Position numbers and translations under genes: made by a program. A model generated the notes under the pieces. The model did not search any database. It saw nothing but the letters and a program-made list of their open reading frames with translations, and was not told where the DNA came from. This document shows, one piece after another, positions 1 through 13,619 of a DNA stretch of 64,000 nt (position 1 is the first letter of the stretch; every line of letters begins with the position of its first letter). This stretch comes from Octopus bimaculoides (taxonomy: Eukaryota): the NCBI RefSeq assembly GCF_001194135.2, contig NC_068981.1, positions 153,933,999-153,997,998 of the forward strand, given 5' to 3'.

Positions 1-1199
1 CATCATTTTTAATGAACTGTCACAAGATCTTTTCATATACTTCATACATTTTTCTCTTTGTGTGTGCGTGCGCGGGTGCGCGCGCGTTATCAATATTGTC
101 GCCTAACTCAAAATTGGCTCTTTTCATCCACTTGCTCTATCTTCCTATCAATAACATCTGTTACTGCAAATTCCAAGCTGTCATTTAACTGAATTATTTA
201 CTAGAATATAAAGACATTGCGACTGAGAAGGGTGAACATCCCAAAGCATCTTACAGGTTAAATGCAATAATTATACGATACTTCGAGGCACTGACATGTC
301 TAATCTAGTTCAAACTAGTATCGTATGTACTGATAACAATAATGAGAATAACTTCAACTATAGCTATGACAGATATAATGAAAATACACCCAGTGTGTTA
401 TCTCGACAAGGTGAAACAATGAAGCAAAATACAATAGCAAGATCAAGCACGTCTACAGTAATTTTGATGATGTAAATTGATGTTAGTTGTTTTTGTTTGG
501 TTGTTGTTGTTTTTTTCTATCTAATATAGATATATGATCGCTTCAGGAAATATTGAGTAACTGGACGACATAGGGGAGATGTGAGAGATGTACCAAACAA
601 CCTCATTGAATGGAATATAATTAGATAATAGGAGAAAGGCCGATAGACGACAGCTTCATGAACTTACAGAGACAAACACATTGTCGCGGACCAGATCTAG
701 ACTTAAACCGATACAAAGACAGGCAGATGAAAGCAGTGAGCGAATCATGATGAGATCTTAAATGACGAAGAAACTCGTCGGTTAGATCTTCATCCCAGGC
801 CGCGAAAACCCCCTCGTGCCCTTAATTTCACGAGAACTGAAACCATAGGAATGTGACTACATATGTTTATATACTCATAACCCACGCCAATCAGTTAAAA
901 GATGTACATGTTCATATGTTATATCTGAAAATAAAAATTTGCTTCTACTTCAGTAATAAAAGATAGACAAACTGAGCGAAACGTCGACAGAGCAGACTGA
1001 TGGTGGGTAAACAAACTTACAAGAAGTACATAGTAAATATACAAACAGGCAGACTCATAAACGTACAGTAAAACGAGTTGTTCACTGATTATAACTACAC
1101 CGCAAATAGAAAAGTAGACAAGCAAACGTAGAGGGAGACACGTTAATGAGAAGGTAAACTCACAAACAAGTAGATACACAGACGGACAGTTAGACAGGC

Positions 1200-2050
1200 A
1201 AACAATCAGACTCAGCGTGACGATTTACAAAACTAGACAGAAAGTGACAGACACAGAGTTAGGACCGACCTAAAGAGAGATTGACAGAGATAGAAATAAG
1301 CCAAAGAGAGAGGTGGGGGAGAGACGATTACAGCCAGAAACAGATACAGAGATAGGACTAGTTCAGAGAGAGGATGACAAAGAGATATAGAGTCAGGATT
1401 AATACAGGAAGAGATGACAGTGACAGACAAATGTACGGACTGACAAGCAAGCAGCTAAATAAGCAGATGTACTAGATATAGACAGAAAGATAAATAGAAA
1501 TACAATCATATAAGATATAGTATATTAACTCAGAGTTACATAAAATGTAACTGACACATGACTAGACGAGAATTCCTGGACGGGGAGAAAGAAGATATCA
1601 AGTTAGAGAAACTGAGAGACAAGATAAACAAGTGTTAGAGATAGAATCGGAAAGAGAAAAATACAGGGGATTGAGAAAGAGAGAAAGAGAGAGGCTGTCA
1701 GAGAGAGAGAAAGAGAGAGGCTGTCAGAGAGAGAAAGCAGGCCAGTGAGACAGAGAAAGAAGAAAGAGCGAGCGAGAGAGAGAGAAGATGAGGAAGATAT
1801 GAAAAGAACGATGGAGTTGAGAAGATACTGAAGACAGAGAAAAGAATGAGAGAGAGAGGGAATTTAGTAAAAGCTCCAAATGGAACAGATACAGACAGGA
1901 AAACGTGCGTGTGTGTGTGTGTGTAGATAGATCGAGAGAGAAAAAAGCGAGAGGAGTAGTGATAGACAGGTAGACAGTATGTGTATGTGCGCGCGTTTGT
2001 GTGTGTATGTGTGTTTGTGTGTAAGAGAGAAAAAAAAGTGAGTAAGCCAA
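1200..2050. repeat. GA/GACA-rich low-complexity tract and (TG)n
   Basis: Direct inspection. Confidence 0.8.
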
Positions 2051-2736
2051 AACAGTTTTGGAACGAGGAGGGAAAAGTAGAGTCCAGTAGCTGTAATGGC
2101 AGACATTTTACAGTCCATAAACAAACCAAAGTTAATATATCTATCTGCACACTGCAATGAAACTAGGATAGATCCTATCCTTATATCATTTTTACATTTC
2201 TCATTTCTCTTTAGAAGTATGCAATTTACCATAAAGAAAGAAAAAAAAAATGTAATCAGTGCAGGTTTCTATGGTTACTGACTGTTTTCCTTGGAATTAG
2301 AATCTGCTGTCTCCCTCTCTACCACAGATAAACTTTCTTCCATTCTGTCTCTCTATATACTTTTGGGTGCAGGCATGACTGGGTGGTTAAAAAGTTTACT
2401 TCACAGATAGACAGGTGTGGTTTTGGATTTCATTGCACTGCACAGAATTTGGGTAAGAGTTTTCCACTCTAACTTCAGGTTGACCAAAGCCAAGAAGCAT
2501 TCCCATTTTTTTGGTGATGGTCTTAAAACATTATCTAGCTTAAAATCATAATCTTGCTCTTGGTTGTCTTTAGTGAAGTCCACTCTTTTGTAAGGACAAA
2601 AGTTGTAACATTGCCTTCAGGATTTGAATGGCTTATCTACTGTAAACTGTATAACCATACTAATTGCTACACCAAAGCAACATTACAACCCTTGACTGTT
2701 TGAATTAGACTTAACACAAGTTGTTATGCACATGTT

Positions 2737-2775
<39 letters not shown>

Positions 2776-2971
2776 TATATGAATGAGTAACAAAGAGGCA
2801 CAGGTGTACACCTGTACCTCTTTGTTACTCATTTATACTTTATTCACCTATCCTGGAATCAGATCTAACTTGGGGCTAAACAACAGCAACAACAACTACT
2901 ATTTGTAATAAGCTGAGCAACCAGAATTTCTCATTAGATCAAGAGAAAGGACTGCAGGAGTATGTGAGAAG

Positions 2972-3003
<32 letters not shown>

Positions 3004-3950
3004 AGAGAGATCTAAGGAAGTTGCAAAAGAAATTGAAGTTGATACCAATGGAATGGGTAGAAATAATAGAGAAGAAATGGAGACAGAGTGAGTAAAAGTA
3101 AAGGGAATGAATTGGATCTACATGGAAGCAGATATGACTGTGTGGGTAAGAAGTTTGCTTCACAATCTCATGGTTCCAAGTTCAATTATGCTACACAGCA
3201 CCTTGGGTAATCATCTTCTATCATAGTCATTTTTATCATAGCCAAGATTTACGAGTAAAATCTGGTAGACAGAAACTAGACCTGTTTTTAAGCCATCACC
3301 CAGTTTAACACCACTGTGGTGGTGTATGGCTTAGTGAATGTACCATGCCACCGGGGGCTGTGGAAAGACTCAGGGGGGGGGGGCGTCGAGGAAAAATGGG
3401 TCGATAATGGGTGACCAAAACGGAGCAATGGATGTAAAAAAAAAAATAAATAAAGGGTTAATTAGGTTAAGATTTATTTGTGAAATACTGTTATTTTGAA
3501 TTTGCTGCAGAAAATGGTCTATGTCTGTGATGGTAAGTGTGGTGGTGGTGGTGGGGCATGTGAAATGTGGCCTTAGAACCAAAGGGTGGCAGTCTGAAAA
3601 AGTTTGGGAACCACTGGCTTAGTGGTTAGGGTGTTAGGCTCATGATCAAAAGATTGCAATTTCAATTTCTGGACCGGGCAACACTTCATTTCACATTGCT
3701 CCTGTCCACTCAGCTGGCAAAAATAAGTAATCCTGCAAAGAACCAACATCCCATCCAACTGGGGAATTTATACACCATGAAACTAGGAAACCAGTCCTTA
3801 CGAGTCAGTATGACTCAAAAAGGTAACTTTACCTTTTTAAAACCACTACTTATAATATCTTGGGTGAGTATCTTCTACCATAGTCAAAAAGTTCACCTAA
3901 AATTTATGAATGAAATGTGGTAAACAGAAACTGTGAAAAGGCTCATTTAA

Positions 3951-4165
3951 CCGTTTAACATTTAAACCAGCTACATCTGGTCCAAATATCCAACCTGTGT
4001 TATGTATAAACCAGCCAGATTCAGCATCTCACACTTATTCTGCAGCCATTCTATAAATATAGAATCACATCAAAATCTTGAAGCTGCAAGATAATGCTTG
4101 ATTAATTCAAAACCTTGTGAATAAATAAGCATTACATTTGATAGGATAATCTGAATGCTAAACAG
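3951..4165 (+). mobile_element. TTAA-flanked (piggyBac-like) MITE, family 1
   Basis: TTAA at 3947-50 and 4166-9, imperfect TIRs; a second copy lies inverted at about 43031-43250. Confidence 0.7.
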
Positions 4166-4169
4166 TTAA

Positions 4170-4462
4170 CCCATTACCTACCAGTGATCTCATATGAGAT
4201 CATTTAAAAATTACAAATTTCGTAATTATCTGTCAATATTTATACATATCTAACCTTTTTGCTATAAATACTAGGTATATTTCTCTGATATTCAAATGAG
4301 GTTTGATAATTTTTCACCCAGTATCTCACTTATTTCTATTTAAAATGTTATTTTAAAATGTTATTTTGATCATTCCAGTGTGTTTCTAAGGCTGTTTTAT
4401 GCTAGAAATCAAAGTTTCATAAAAAAAAAATTCCAATTAATAGAATTATGGGAGGTAATGGG
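4170..4462. mobile_element. TTAA-flanked (piggyBac-like) MITE, family 2
   Basis: TIR CCCATTACCT(A/C)CC, 12/13 match; TTAA at 4166-9 and 4463-6. Confidence 0.75.
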
Positions 4463-4522
4463 TTAATGGACTGACTAAACCTGTTCTTAACCCATCACCC
4501 AGTTTAATACCATCACTAAGAG

Positions 4523-5220
4523 CAGGGGTTCTCAACTATTTTTTTTTATCTCTGGACCCCTTTGATTACTATTTTATTCTGATGGACCCCTATTCAATGT
4601 TTAAAGATACTTCTTTCAAAGTTCCTATTTTGTTTTTCACACATTAACTTTTGTAGGTTGAACTCTTTACTCTTTACTCTTTTACTTGTTTCAGTCATTT
4701 GACTGCGGCCATGCTGGAGCACCGCCTTTAGTCGAGCAAATCGACCCCAGGAATTATTCTTTGGAAGCCTAGTACTTATTCTATCGGTCTCTTTTGCCGA
4801 ACCGCTAAGTTACAGGGACGTAAACACACCAGCATCGGTTGTCAAGCGATGTTGGGAGGACAAATACAAACACACAAACATATACACACACATACATATA
4901 TATATACGATGGGCTTCTTTCAGTTTCCGTCTACCAAATCCACTCACAAGGCTTTGGTCGGCCCGAGGCTATAGTAGAAGATACTTGCCCAAGGTGCCAT
5001 GCAGTGGGACTGAACCCGGAACCATGTGGTTGGTAAGCAAGCTACTTATCACACAGCCACTCCTATGCCTATGTAAAACTTTAGAGAAAAAATCCAAGCT
5101 GTTTCTTGCATCTAAAGAAAAATATTTTCAGGGTCCCTTAAAATACTATTTTGTTACATGGACCCCAAAAATTTTATATGGACCCCCAGGGGCCATATGG
5201 ACCCTAGTTGAGAACCACTG
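4523..5220. mobile_element. hAT (Charlie-like) MITE containing a nested SINE
   Basis: TIRs CAGGGGTTCTCAAC / CAGTGGTTCTCAAC; degenerate 8-bp TSD actaagag/acttagaa. Confidence 0.72.
4665..5070 (-). mobile_element. tRNA-derived SINE, family A (octopus OK/OR-like), young copy
   Basis: Head GGAGTGGCTGTGTG..GGTTCAGTCC (A/B boxes), central CA/TA microsatellite, (AGAGTAA)n tail. Confidence 0.8.
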
Positions 5221-6662
5221 ACTTAGAACATCAAGGGTAAGTACCTTCTACCATAGTCAAAAGGTTCACCCAAGATTCATGAGTGAAACAGTGAAAAGGC
5301 CCATTTAATGGACTGGCCATACCTATTGTTGATCCATCACCCAGTTTAGTACCACCACTTGTCTCCTCAGTGCCTTTACTTAAGTCCTCTCAATTGCAAG
5401 CATTTGGACCAGGTCTCAGCACCAGTCTAAAGATAACTTGATATTATAACATGTTGCCTCCTTTCCAACTATAGCAACACATGACTCAGTGTTTCTTACT
5501 CCATTTCACCCACTCCCTGGAGACCATATCAAAGGCCACGAGTACTGTCCTTCCTACTCTGAATAAGCCATAAAAAGAGAAATAAAATGTGACTATTCCA
5601 GTGTTTCATTACAATGGTAAAATATAACAGACACTCTTTTGAACTGAATGACATAAAAGAGAAAGAGGCTATTTATATACTCAACATTAATAGAAATATT
5701 GGGAAAGTATTGGAGGTGGCCGAGCATTATTAATAGGAGAGCATAGAGTAATATTAGTTTTAAATAAACTCATGTTTGTCCGTGTCTGTGAGTAAGCCAA
5801 TGAGGAAGCCTCTGTATGGTTACTGGATCCAGAGGAAATGGCATCCAAATTTCCCTCAAATCATACCTTTAACATGTTAAGAAAAAAGCAAGGATATATT
5901 GAATAATGTAGTCTGTCTTATAGAAGACATATGGAAAAGGAAAAATAGACTGGATGATCATGGCTGGAATACTTTTGGTTATAGGGTAGCTCAGTAAGGA
6001 CTTGCCTAGGGCTAAACACCAACAACTATCATGCATATATATATATATATATATACATGGCGTTATATATTGGCATTAGGAAGGGCATCCAGCTGTAGAA
6101 ACTCTGCTAAATTAGATTGGAGCCTGGTGTTGCCATCCGGTTTCACCAGTCCTCAGTCAAATCGTCCAACCCATGCTAGCATGGAAAGCGGACGTTAAAC
6201 GATGATGATGATGATCCATATATATCCACCTCACCAAATATGTATGTGTACATGAATAAATGTGTGTGTGTGTGAGGGAATGATATGTAAATCTATTTTG
6301 TGAGATATATTTCAAGTTCTTAAACTCTGTTTCATCTTTTTATCACCTAGACTATGGTGCAGTTCTAAAGTATTTTATTTACTTTATTTACCATAAATTC
6401 TTCACAGAGTACTTTGTACTGTAACAATAAGTTTCGATGAGCACTATATATATATATATATATATATGTATATGGTTAACTAGTGCACATGTTTTTATAG
6501 GCAGTATTGACTATATGACCCTCCTAGCGTACAACAATATATGTTTCGGCAGACAGTTTCACACTAAAAATATTGTAAAACAAACCCACAAAAAAATATG
6601 TCCGTGCACGTGTGTGTGTGTGTATGTGTGTGTGCGTGCATGTGTGCGTGTGTGCATGCACA

Positions 6663-6694
<32 letters not shown>

Positions 6695-6859
6695 TGTGTG
6701 TGTGTAAGAGCAGGTCTCGTTGTGTTGTTTAGAAGTTTGCAGTGTAACAATGTGATTTCAGATTCAGTCCCTCTTCATGGCCACTTTGGGCAAGTGTCTT
6801 CTACTTCTAGCCTCTGAGTAAATTTGGAAGGCAGAAACTGAAAAGAAGCCAACCATATA

Positions 6860-6935
6860 CATATATCATCATCATCATCATCACCACCACCACCATCATA
6901 ACCATCACCATCATCATCATCATCATCATCATCGT
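6860..6935. repeat. (CAT/CAC)n microsatellite
   Basis: Direct inspection. Confidence 0.9.
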
Positions 6936-7283
6936 TTCACAGGGGCATCCAGCCATAGGAACCATGCCAAAGTGGACAGCAGAGCTTAGTGCAGTCTTCT
7001 GATTAGTCAGTTCCTGTTGAACCATCCAACCCATGCCAACCTGAAAAAGGGGCATTAAATGATGATGAGGATGATGATGATGTTGGTGGTGGCAGCAGTG
7101 GTGGTGGAGGCAGCGGTGACGGCGGTGTTGGTGGCGGCAAATTGGCATACTTGTTAAAGCATTGAACACCATTCTTTGCAGCATTTGTTCTGACTCACTG
7201 TTTTCTGAGTTCAATTCTTGCTGAGTCCAAACTTACCTTTCTCCTCTCCAGAGGCCAATGATTGAAACAAGTTAAGAGATGAA

Positions 7284-7324
<41 letters not shown>

Positions 7325-7951
7325 NNNNNNNNNNNNNNNNNNNNNNNNNNNNNNNNNNNNNNNNNNNNNNNNNNNNNNNNNNNNNNNNNNNNNNNNNNNN
7401 NNNNNNNNNNNNNNNNNNNNNNNNNNNNNNNNNNNNNNNNNNNNNNNNNNNNNNNNNNNNNNNNNNNNNNNNNNNNNNNNNNNNNNNNNNNNNNNNNNNN
7501 NNNNNNNNNNNNNNNNNNNNNNNNNNNNNNNNNNNNNNNNNNNNNNNNNNNNNNNNNNNNNNNNNNNNNNNNNNNNNNNNNNNNNNNNNNNNNNNNNNNN
7601 NNNNNNNNNNNNNNNNNNNNNNNNNNNNNNNNNNNNNNNNNNNNNNNNNNNNNNNNNNNNNNNNNNNNNNNNNNNNNNNNNNNNNNNNNNNNNNNNNNNN
7701 NNNNNNNNNNNNNNNNNNNNNNNNNNNNNNNNNNNNNNNNNNNNNNNNNNNNNNNNNNNNNNNNNNNNNNNNNNNNNNNNNNNNNNNNNNNNNNNNNNNN
7801 NNNNNNNNNNNNNNNNNNNNNNNNNNNNNNNNNNNNNNNNNNNNNNNNNNNNNNNNNNNNNNNNNNNNNNNNNNNNNNNNNNNNNNNNNNNNNNNNNNNN
7901 NNNNNNNNNNNNNNNNNNNNNNNNNNNNNNNNNNNNNNNNNNNNNNNNNNN
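7325..7951. other. Assembly gap
   Basis: N run. Confidence 1.
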
Positions 7952-8333
7952 AGAGAGTTTATCTTTTACTTGTTTCAGTCATTTAGACTGAAACTTTTAG
8001 TCGAATGGATAGACCCCAGTAATTTTTTCTGAAAGCCTGGTACATATTTTATTATTCTTTTTTACCAAACTGCTAAGTTATGGCGATATCAACATACCAA
8101 TACCAGTTGTCAACTAGTGATGTGGCGACAAACACAGACACAAGAACACACACATACGCACATATATATGATGGGCGTTTTTCAGTTTCCATCTACCAAA
8201 CCACTCACAAGGCTTTGGTTGGCCTGAAAGTGTAATAGAAGACAATTTGCCCAAGGTGCCACACAGTGGGACTGAACCCAGAACAATGTGGTGGGGAAGC
8301 AAACCTTTTACCACACAGCCACGCATGCACCTA
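7952..8333 (-). mobile_element. SINE family A
   Basis: Aligns with 4665-5070. Confidence 0.75.
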
Positions 8334-9117
8334 TGTATGTGTGCGTGTGTGTGTGGGGGGTGTATGGATGGTTGTCCTTTTATCTCTTGGAATGTTTTGC
8401 ACTAAAACAAAACAAAGATAAAGTGAATTATTGTTCCCAAAATAGTTCTTAAAGCTATGACTCAACAGCAACAAGTGGAGTGGAGTCTTCCAAATTCTAA
8501 CCTTTTCTCCATTCAGAACAAAGGTCATATTCCCAAACAGTTTGATTATTCAATACAAGTTTCTATAACAATATAAACACTAAATGTGTTTTTATAGTAG
8601 CAAAAATGTTTTAATGGATTCATTATCACTTCATGTGCTATTGCTACTGCTTGGAGCTTCTCAGTTGATCAACCTGCTAGAAATAACAGCCAAATATACT
8701 TTGAATTACATTTTACCTCTAGAAATTTGAAATGGTTAATTTGGCAACATAATTAGTTCTAAACATATAAAAATATGGGATGGTTTTAGTTAAGGTACCT
8801 GCTGGATTCATACCAAACCACAGCAACAAACATTATCTTCATGCTCTCAATAGAACAGTATTTATGTTTTCAACCATTTTTTAATAATGGCATGGTGCTT
8901 ATTGGTCTGTCTCCTCAATCAAGAGACTGACCTGCAGCTAAAACATTTTCAAGTCATATAAATTCAAATCTACAGCACAATTCATATTTCTTTCACAACT
9001 TTTAAATTTAATTTTTCCAATGTTTTAAATGTTATGCATTTGTGTCATGGATCTGGAAATACTTTAAAATAATATTACAAAGTATTGTGAGAGACGTTGC
9101 TAAAAACAGTGATTTAT

Positions 9118-9580
9118 TTTCTTTTATGTTTTACTTGTTTCAGTCATTAGACTGCAGCCATGCTGGGGCACAGCTAGGAAGAATTTTTTGTTGAATGAGT
9201 CAATCCTAGTCTTACTTAATATTTTGTAAAGCCTAGTACTTGTTCTATCATTTTTTTTTTTTGCCAAACTGCTAGGTTAGGTGGACATAAGGACACAAAC
9301 ACTGGTCATCAAGCAATGGTGGGGGAGACACACAGACACAGACACAGACACACACAGACACACACAAACACACACAGACACACACACACACACACACATG
9401 CACACGCACGCAGATATATATGATGGGTTTCTTTCACTTTCCATCTACTAAATCTACTCATAAGTCTTTGGTTGCACAAAGCTATAGTAGAAGACCCTTG
9501 CCTAAAGTACCACACAGTGGAACTGAACCTGGACCCATGTGGTTGGGAAGCAAGCTTCTTATCACACAGCCATACCTGCA
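9118..9580 (-). mobile_element. SINE family A
   Basis: Aligns with 4665-5070. Confidence 0.75.
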
Positions 9581-10144
9581 CCTTAAAATTTTATAATATA
9601 GTATCCTCTTTCACTGAATGGCAATTTACAAATGGTACCCTCAGAAAATTGGCTGCTATTTCCAGTATATGGAGCAACTGTATAAAAGATCTCTCATTAG
9701 CATGTTGTTGTTTAACCCCAGGTTTGCTCTGAATAAGCAGACCCATGATCAAAGCAACGAAACCTCGACTGTTCTGTCTTTTTTCCCTTTTTTGCAGGTA
9801 TTGTTTATCTTAGTTTACATTATTCAATGTGCCCTTATGATTTTAAAATAATAGAGTTTAATTTGGAGGAGATTTAACTGGTATTTCTAGTGAGCAAATC
9901 TATGATCAAAAGCCTTCCAGTCATGGCCTACCTGTGAGTTTTTAGGAGTATCTAGAACTACATTATCCAATGTGTCCTCATAGTCTTTTTTTAAGCTGGT
10001 AGGATGTGATTTGAGGGACGTTTGGTTGCTACTTCTAACAGGTTTTGATCTCATTGAAACTCATATAGGCAAACATTTAGCTGATTATGAGTCATGTATA
10101 ATTATCACAAATGTTTTAATGACTGAATTGTCACAGACTTTGAC

Positions 10145-10365
10145 ATACATACATACATACATACATACTCACACACACATACATACATACATACATACAT
10201 ACATACATAGCATGGAAGGCAGATGTTAAACAATGATGATGATGATACATACATATGTTGCCAGTGTTGTCGTCATCATCGTCATCATTGTCATAATCGT
10301 CGTCATAGTCATCATCGTCATATTCGTTGTATTCATCATCATCATCGTCATCATCATCATCATCA
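10145..10365. repeat. (CATA)n and degenerate (CAT/CGT)n tracts
   Basis: Direct inspection; expanded from repeat tails. Confidence 0.85.
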
Positions 10366-10443
10366 TTTAACGTCCATTTTCCCTGCTGGTATGGGTTGGA
10401 TGGTTTGACAGGATCCCACAAGTTGTATACATTCACATGATAT

Positions 10444-11292
10444 AAGGGTGCGATGGGTAAATTGTCACCATTTTATATTTTAAATTTTGTGCATGCATTT
10501 TGTTTGTTTTTGATTTTGTCAACTACACAGTATAGTAGGGTCAGTTGAGCACCATCTGTGAAAAAAACAGCACCATGACACAGTTCACTCTGCCAGAAAT
10601 TTGGAAATGACATGCTGTATAGCTTGGCATTTGCACTGGAAGCTCCAATACAAACAGATGGTGAACACACAGAACAACCACTGGCTTGCTGGGTCCCCAA
10701 AACATGTACCAAGAGTGATAAAAATCAAATATTTAGTCAACATCATGATGTTTGGAGTGATTATTAGTGATGGTGACGTTATGCCTCCATTCCTCTTCTC
10801 ACACAGCCTCAGACTCAACACAGAGGCCTTTACCAAGTGCCTGGAGGAGGTAGTGCTCCCTTGGGTCAAGAGGGTGGCTACTGGAAAACCCTATGTCTGG
10901 CAACAGGACTCTGCACCATGCCACACAAGCAGGAGAACCCAGTCATCTGGTCACCTAACTCCCCAGACTGCAACCCCCTTGATTATTTTGTGTGGGGCAC
11001 AGTTGAATGAGAGACCAACAAAACCCCTTGTAACACCAAAGATGAACTGAAGGCAAGGAGCATGGCAGCATTCACCTACTTAAACAAGGAGACCATCCAG
11101 AAGAGTTGCAGGAGATTCCAAAGTCGATTGGAGGCCATAGTTGAAGCCAATGGCAATTTTATTGAACAAATTTACTCTTTAGTATTTCAAGATATTTTTA
11201 TGTAACTTTGGCAAATATATCTGTTAAAGTGAGATGTCAGTGTTATTTTCATTTTTGCATAATTTAGATGACATTATATTCACTGCAACCTG
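10444..11292 (+). mobile_element. Internally deleted DD37D/maT-like transposon
   Basis: ORF 10601-11050 (MMFGVIISDG..VWQQDSAPCH), then frameshifted WSPNSPDCNPLDY and RLEAIVEANG; weak imperfect TIRs. Confidence 0.85.
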
Positions 11293-11722
11293 TGTATATA
11301 AACATTAATAAACATATGGGTTTTTAGAAAATGGAAATTTTAAAGTTTTACATTTAGCTGTATTGTAAATGTTTCATATTTCTGAATAAATATTTTCTGA
11401 ATAAATACTTCTCATTATGTAACAGCTTTCCAAGAAACAGTCAACATATAAATTCAAAATGAGTTACTTGTATCAGAATGCAGCAAATGGGTTTTCACAC
11501 TCCTATAGTTTATAATCTACAAGAAGTAATGTTGACAATGAAAGAGCAAGAAAGAAGAATTGAAAAACAAAACCTATAAAGATACATACATACAAACATA
11601 TATGTTTTGCACACAACTTGCACATGCAAGTGCTACTAGTCGAAAGCTGCACATACTGGAAGCCAGCAAGTGTGTGGGGTCAGCAGGAGAGGATGCACGC
11701 TGTTTCGGGGCCTACCTCTTAT

Positions 11723-11756
<34 letters not shown>

Positions 11757-11759
<3 letters not shown>

Positions 11760-12742
11760 GCTAGAATAAGAATAGGCTTAGCAAAGTTCAGAGAGCTCCT
11801 ACTTCTGCTGGTAACAAAGTGCCTCTCGCTCAGAGTGAAAGGCAGACTGTGTGCAAACAGCCACACTACATGGCAGTAAAACATGTGCTATGACTGCTGA
11901 GGACATGGGACAAGGTGGTAAAGCACGATGTTCGAATGTTGGGCCTTGCAGAGGCAATGACAAGTGACCAAGACCTTTGGAGGTATGCCATGCTTAAGAA
12001 GACTCATCAAGCCAAGTGAGATCATAGTCGTGGCTGATGCCAGAGTCATGTCACAGGCCCGTTAAAAGCCAGTTAAAAGCCCATTAAAAATTGTTGGGTG
12101 ATATGCCATGCTTGTGAAGACCTGTTGAATCAAGTGAAATCGTAGTCATGGCCGATGCCAGTGCAGTCTGACTGTCATCTGTGCCAGTAGCACATAAAAA
12201 GCACCATTCGAGTGTTGGGTCTCATGGAGGCAGTGATGTCAAGCCAAGTGAGATCGTAGTCGTGGCCAATGCCAGTGTTGCGTAACTGACCTGTTAAAAG
12301 CACCCTTCAATTGTTGGGTGATACACTGTGCTTGTGAAGACCTGTCAAACCAAGTGAAATCATAGTCATGGCTGATACCAGTGCCATCTGACTGGCACCT
12401 ATGCCGGTGACATGTAAAAAGCACCATTTGAGCATTGGGCCTCATGATCTCAGTGACAGGTGACCAAGACGTTTGGCGATATTCCATGCTTGTGTAGACC
12501 TGTCAAGCAAAGTGAGACAGTAGTCATGGCTGATGTTGGTATCAGGTCAATGGCACCCATGCCAGTGGCATGCAAAATACACCCACTACACTCTCAGAAT
12601 TGTTGGCATTAGGAAGAGCATCCAGCCATAGAAAACTTGCCAAATCAGATTGGAACCTGGTGCAGTCCCCTCAGCTTACCAGTTTTCAGTCAAACCATCC
12701 AACCCATGCCAGCATGGAAAGTGGACGTTAAATGATGATGAT
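11757..12742 (+). mobile_element. RTE LINE 3' fragment with modular 3'UTR and (ATG)n tail
   Basis: ARIRIGLAKFRELL..LSLRVKGRL, repeated 3'UTR modules, and tail ggacgttaaatgatgatg. Confidence 0.85.
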
Positions 12743-12766
12743 GTGTGTGTATCCTTATATATATAT

Positions 12767-13167
12767 AGGAGTGGCTGTGTGGTAAGTAGCTTGCTTACCA
12801 ACCACATGGTTCCAGGTTCAGTCCCACTGCGTGGCATCTTGGGCAAGTGTTGTCTACTATACCCTTGGACCAACCAAAGCTTTGTGAATGGATTTGGTAG
12901 ACAGAAACTGAAAGAAGCCTGTCATGTGTGTATGTGTGTGTGTGTTTATAAGTTTGTGTGTCTGTGTTTGTCCCTCCACAATTGCTTGACAACCAATGTT
13001 GGCATGCTTACATCCCTGTAACTTAGCGGTTCAACAAAAGAGACCAATAGAATAAATACTAGGCTTACAAAGAATAAGTCCTGGGGTTGATTTGTTTGAC
13101 TAAAGGCAGTGCTCCAGCATGGCTGCAGTCAGATGACTGAAACAAATAAAAGAATAAAAGAATAAAA

Positions 13168-13170
<3 letters not shown>
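12767..13170 (+). mobile_element. SINE family A
   Basis: Complete head to (AATAAAAG)n tail. Confidence 0.8.
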
Positions 13171-13204
<34 letters not shown>

Positions 13205-13619
13205 ATGAAGGATTTAGTTCACTGGTGATCTAAATGAATAAGTATGCTAAGTAAGTGAAACAGTAGATAGAAGAATGCAGACAGGAGAATAAAGTCCACA
13301 GCTCATCTTCTTCCAGAATGTATGGAGATTGGTCTGTACTTTTATGAAGGTATAGGTCCTTAAGTATAATCCCAGGTAAATCCAGACAATATTTTTGTAG
13401 TATTTTGAATGTTGTGTTCATAACTTTATTCTCCTGTCAGCATTCTTCTTATCTACTGTTTTACTCTTTATTCTTCTATCTACCATTTTATTCCTTTATA
13501 CACTGTGAATTCTCTGTCTAGAACTTTTTGACATACTCACCTTATCTCTGATGATGGAATACCCAGTGTATAGAGATACTAACCTATCACTTGTGAAATC
13601 CCAGAGACAGCTGTAAGAC

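Noticed and set aside
919-2232. Leu/Ser/Phe-rich and HTHT/CVCV ORFs, here and throughout
   Set aside because: Translations of GA, CA and TA microsatellites; no splice support or domain.
6807-7214. Poly-His/Met/Asp ORFs (also 10131-10436 and 14534-14845)
   Set aside because: (CAT)n tails of retroelements.
7279-7986. Long ORF-track entries spanning N runs (also 13963-14828 and 56466-57843)
   Set aside because: Open only because N codons contain no stops.
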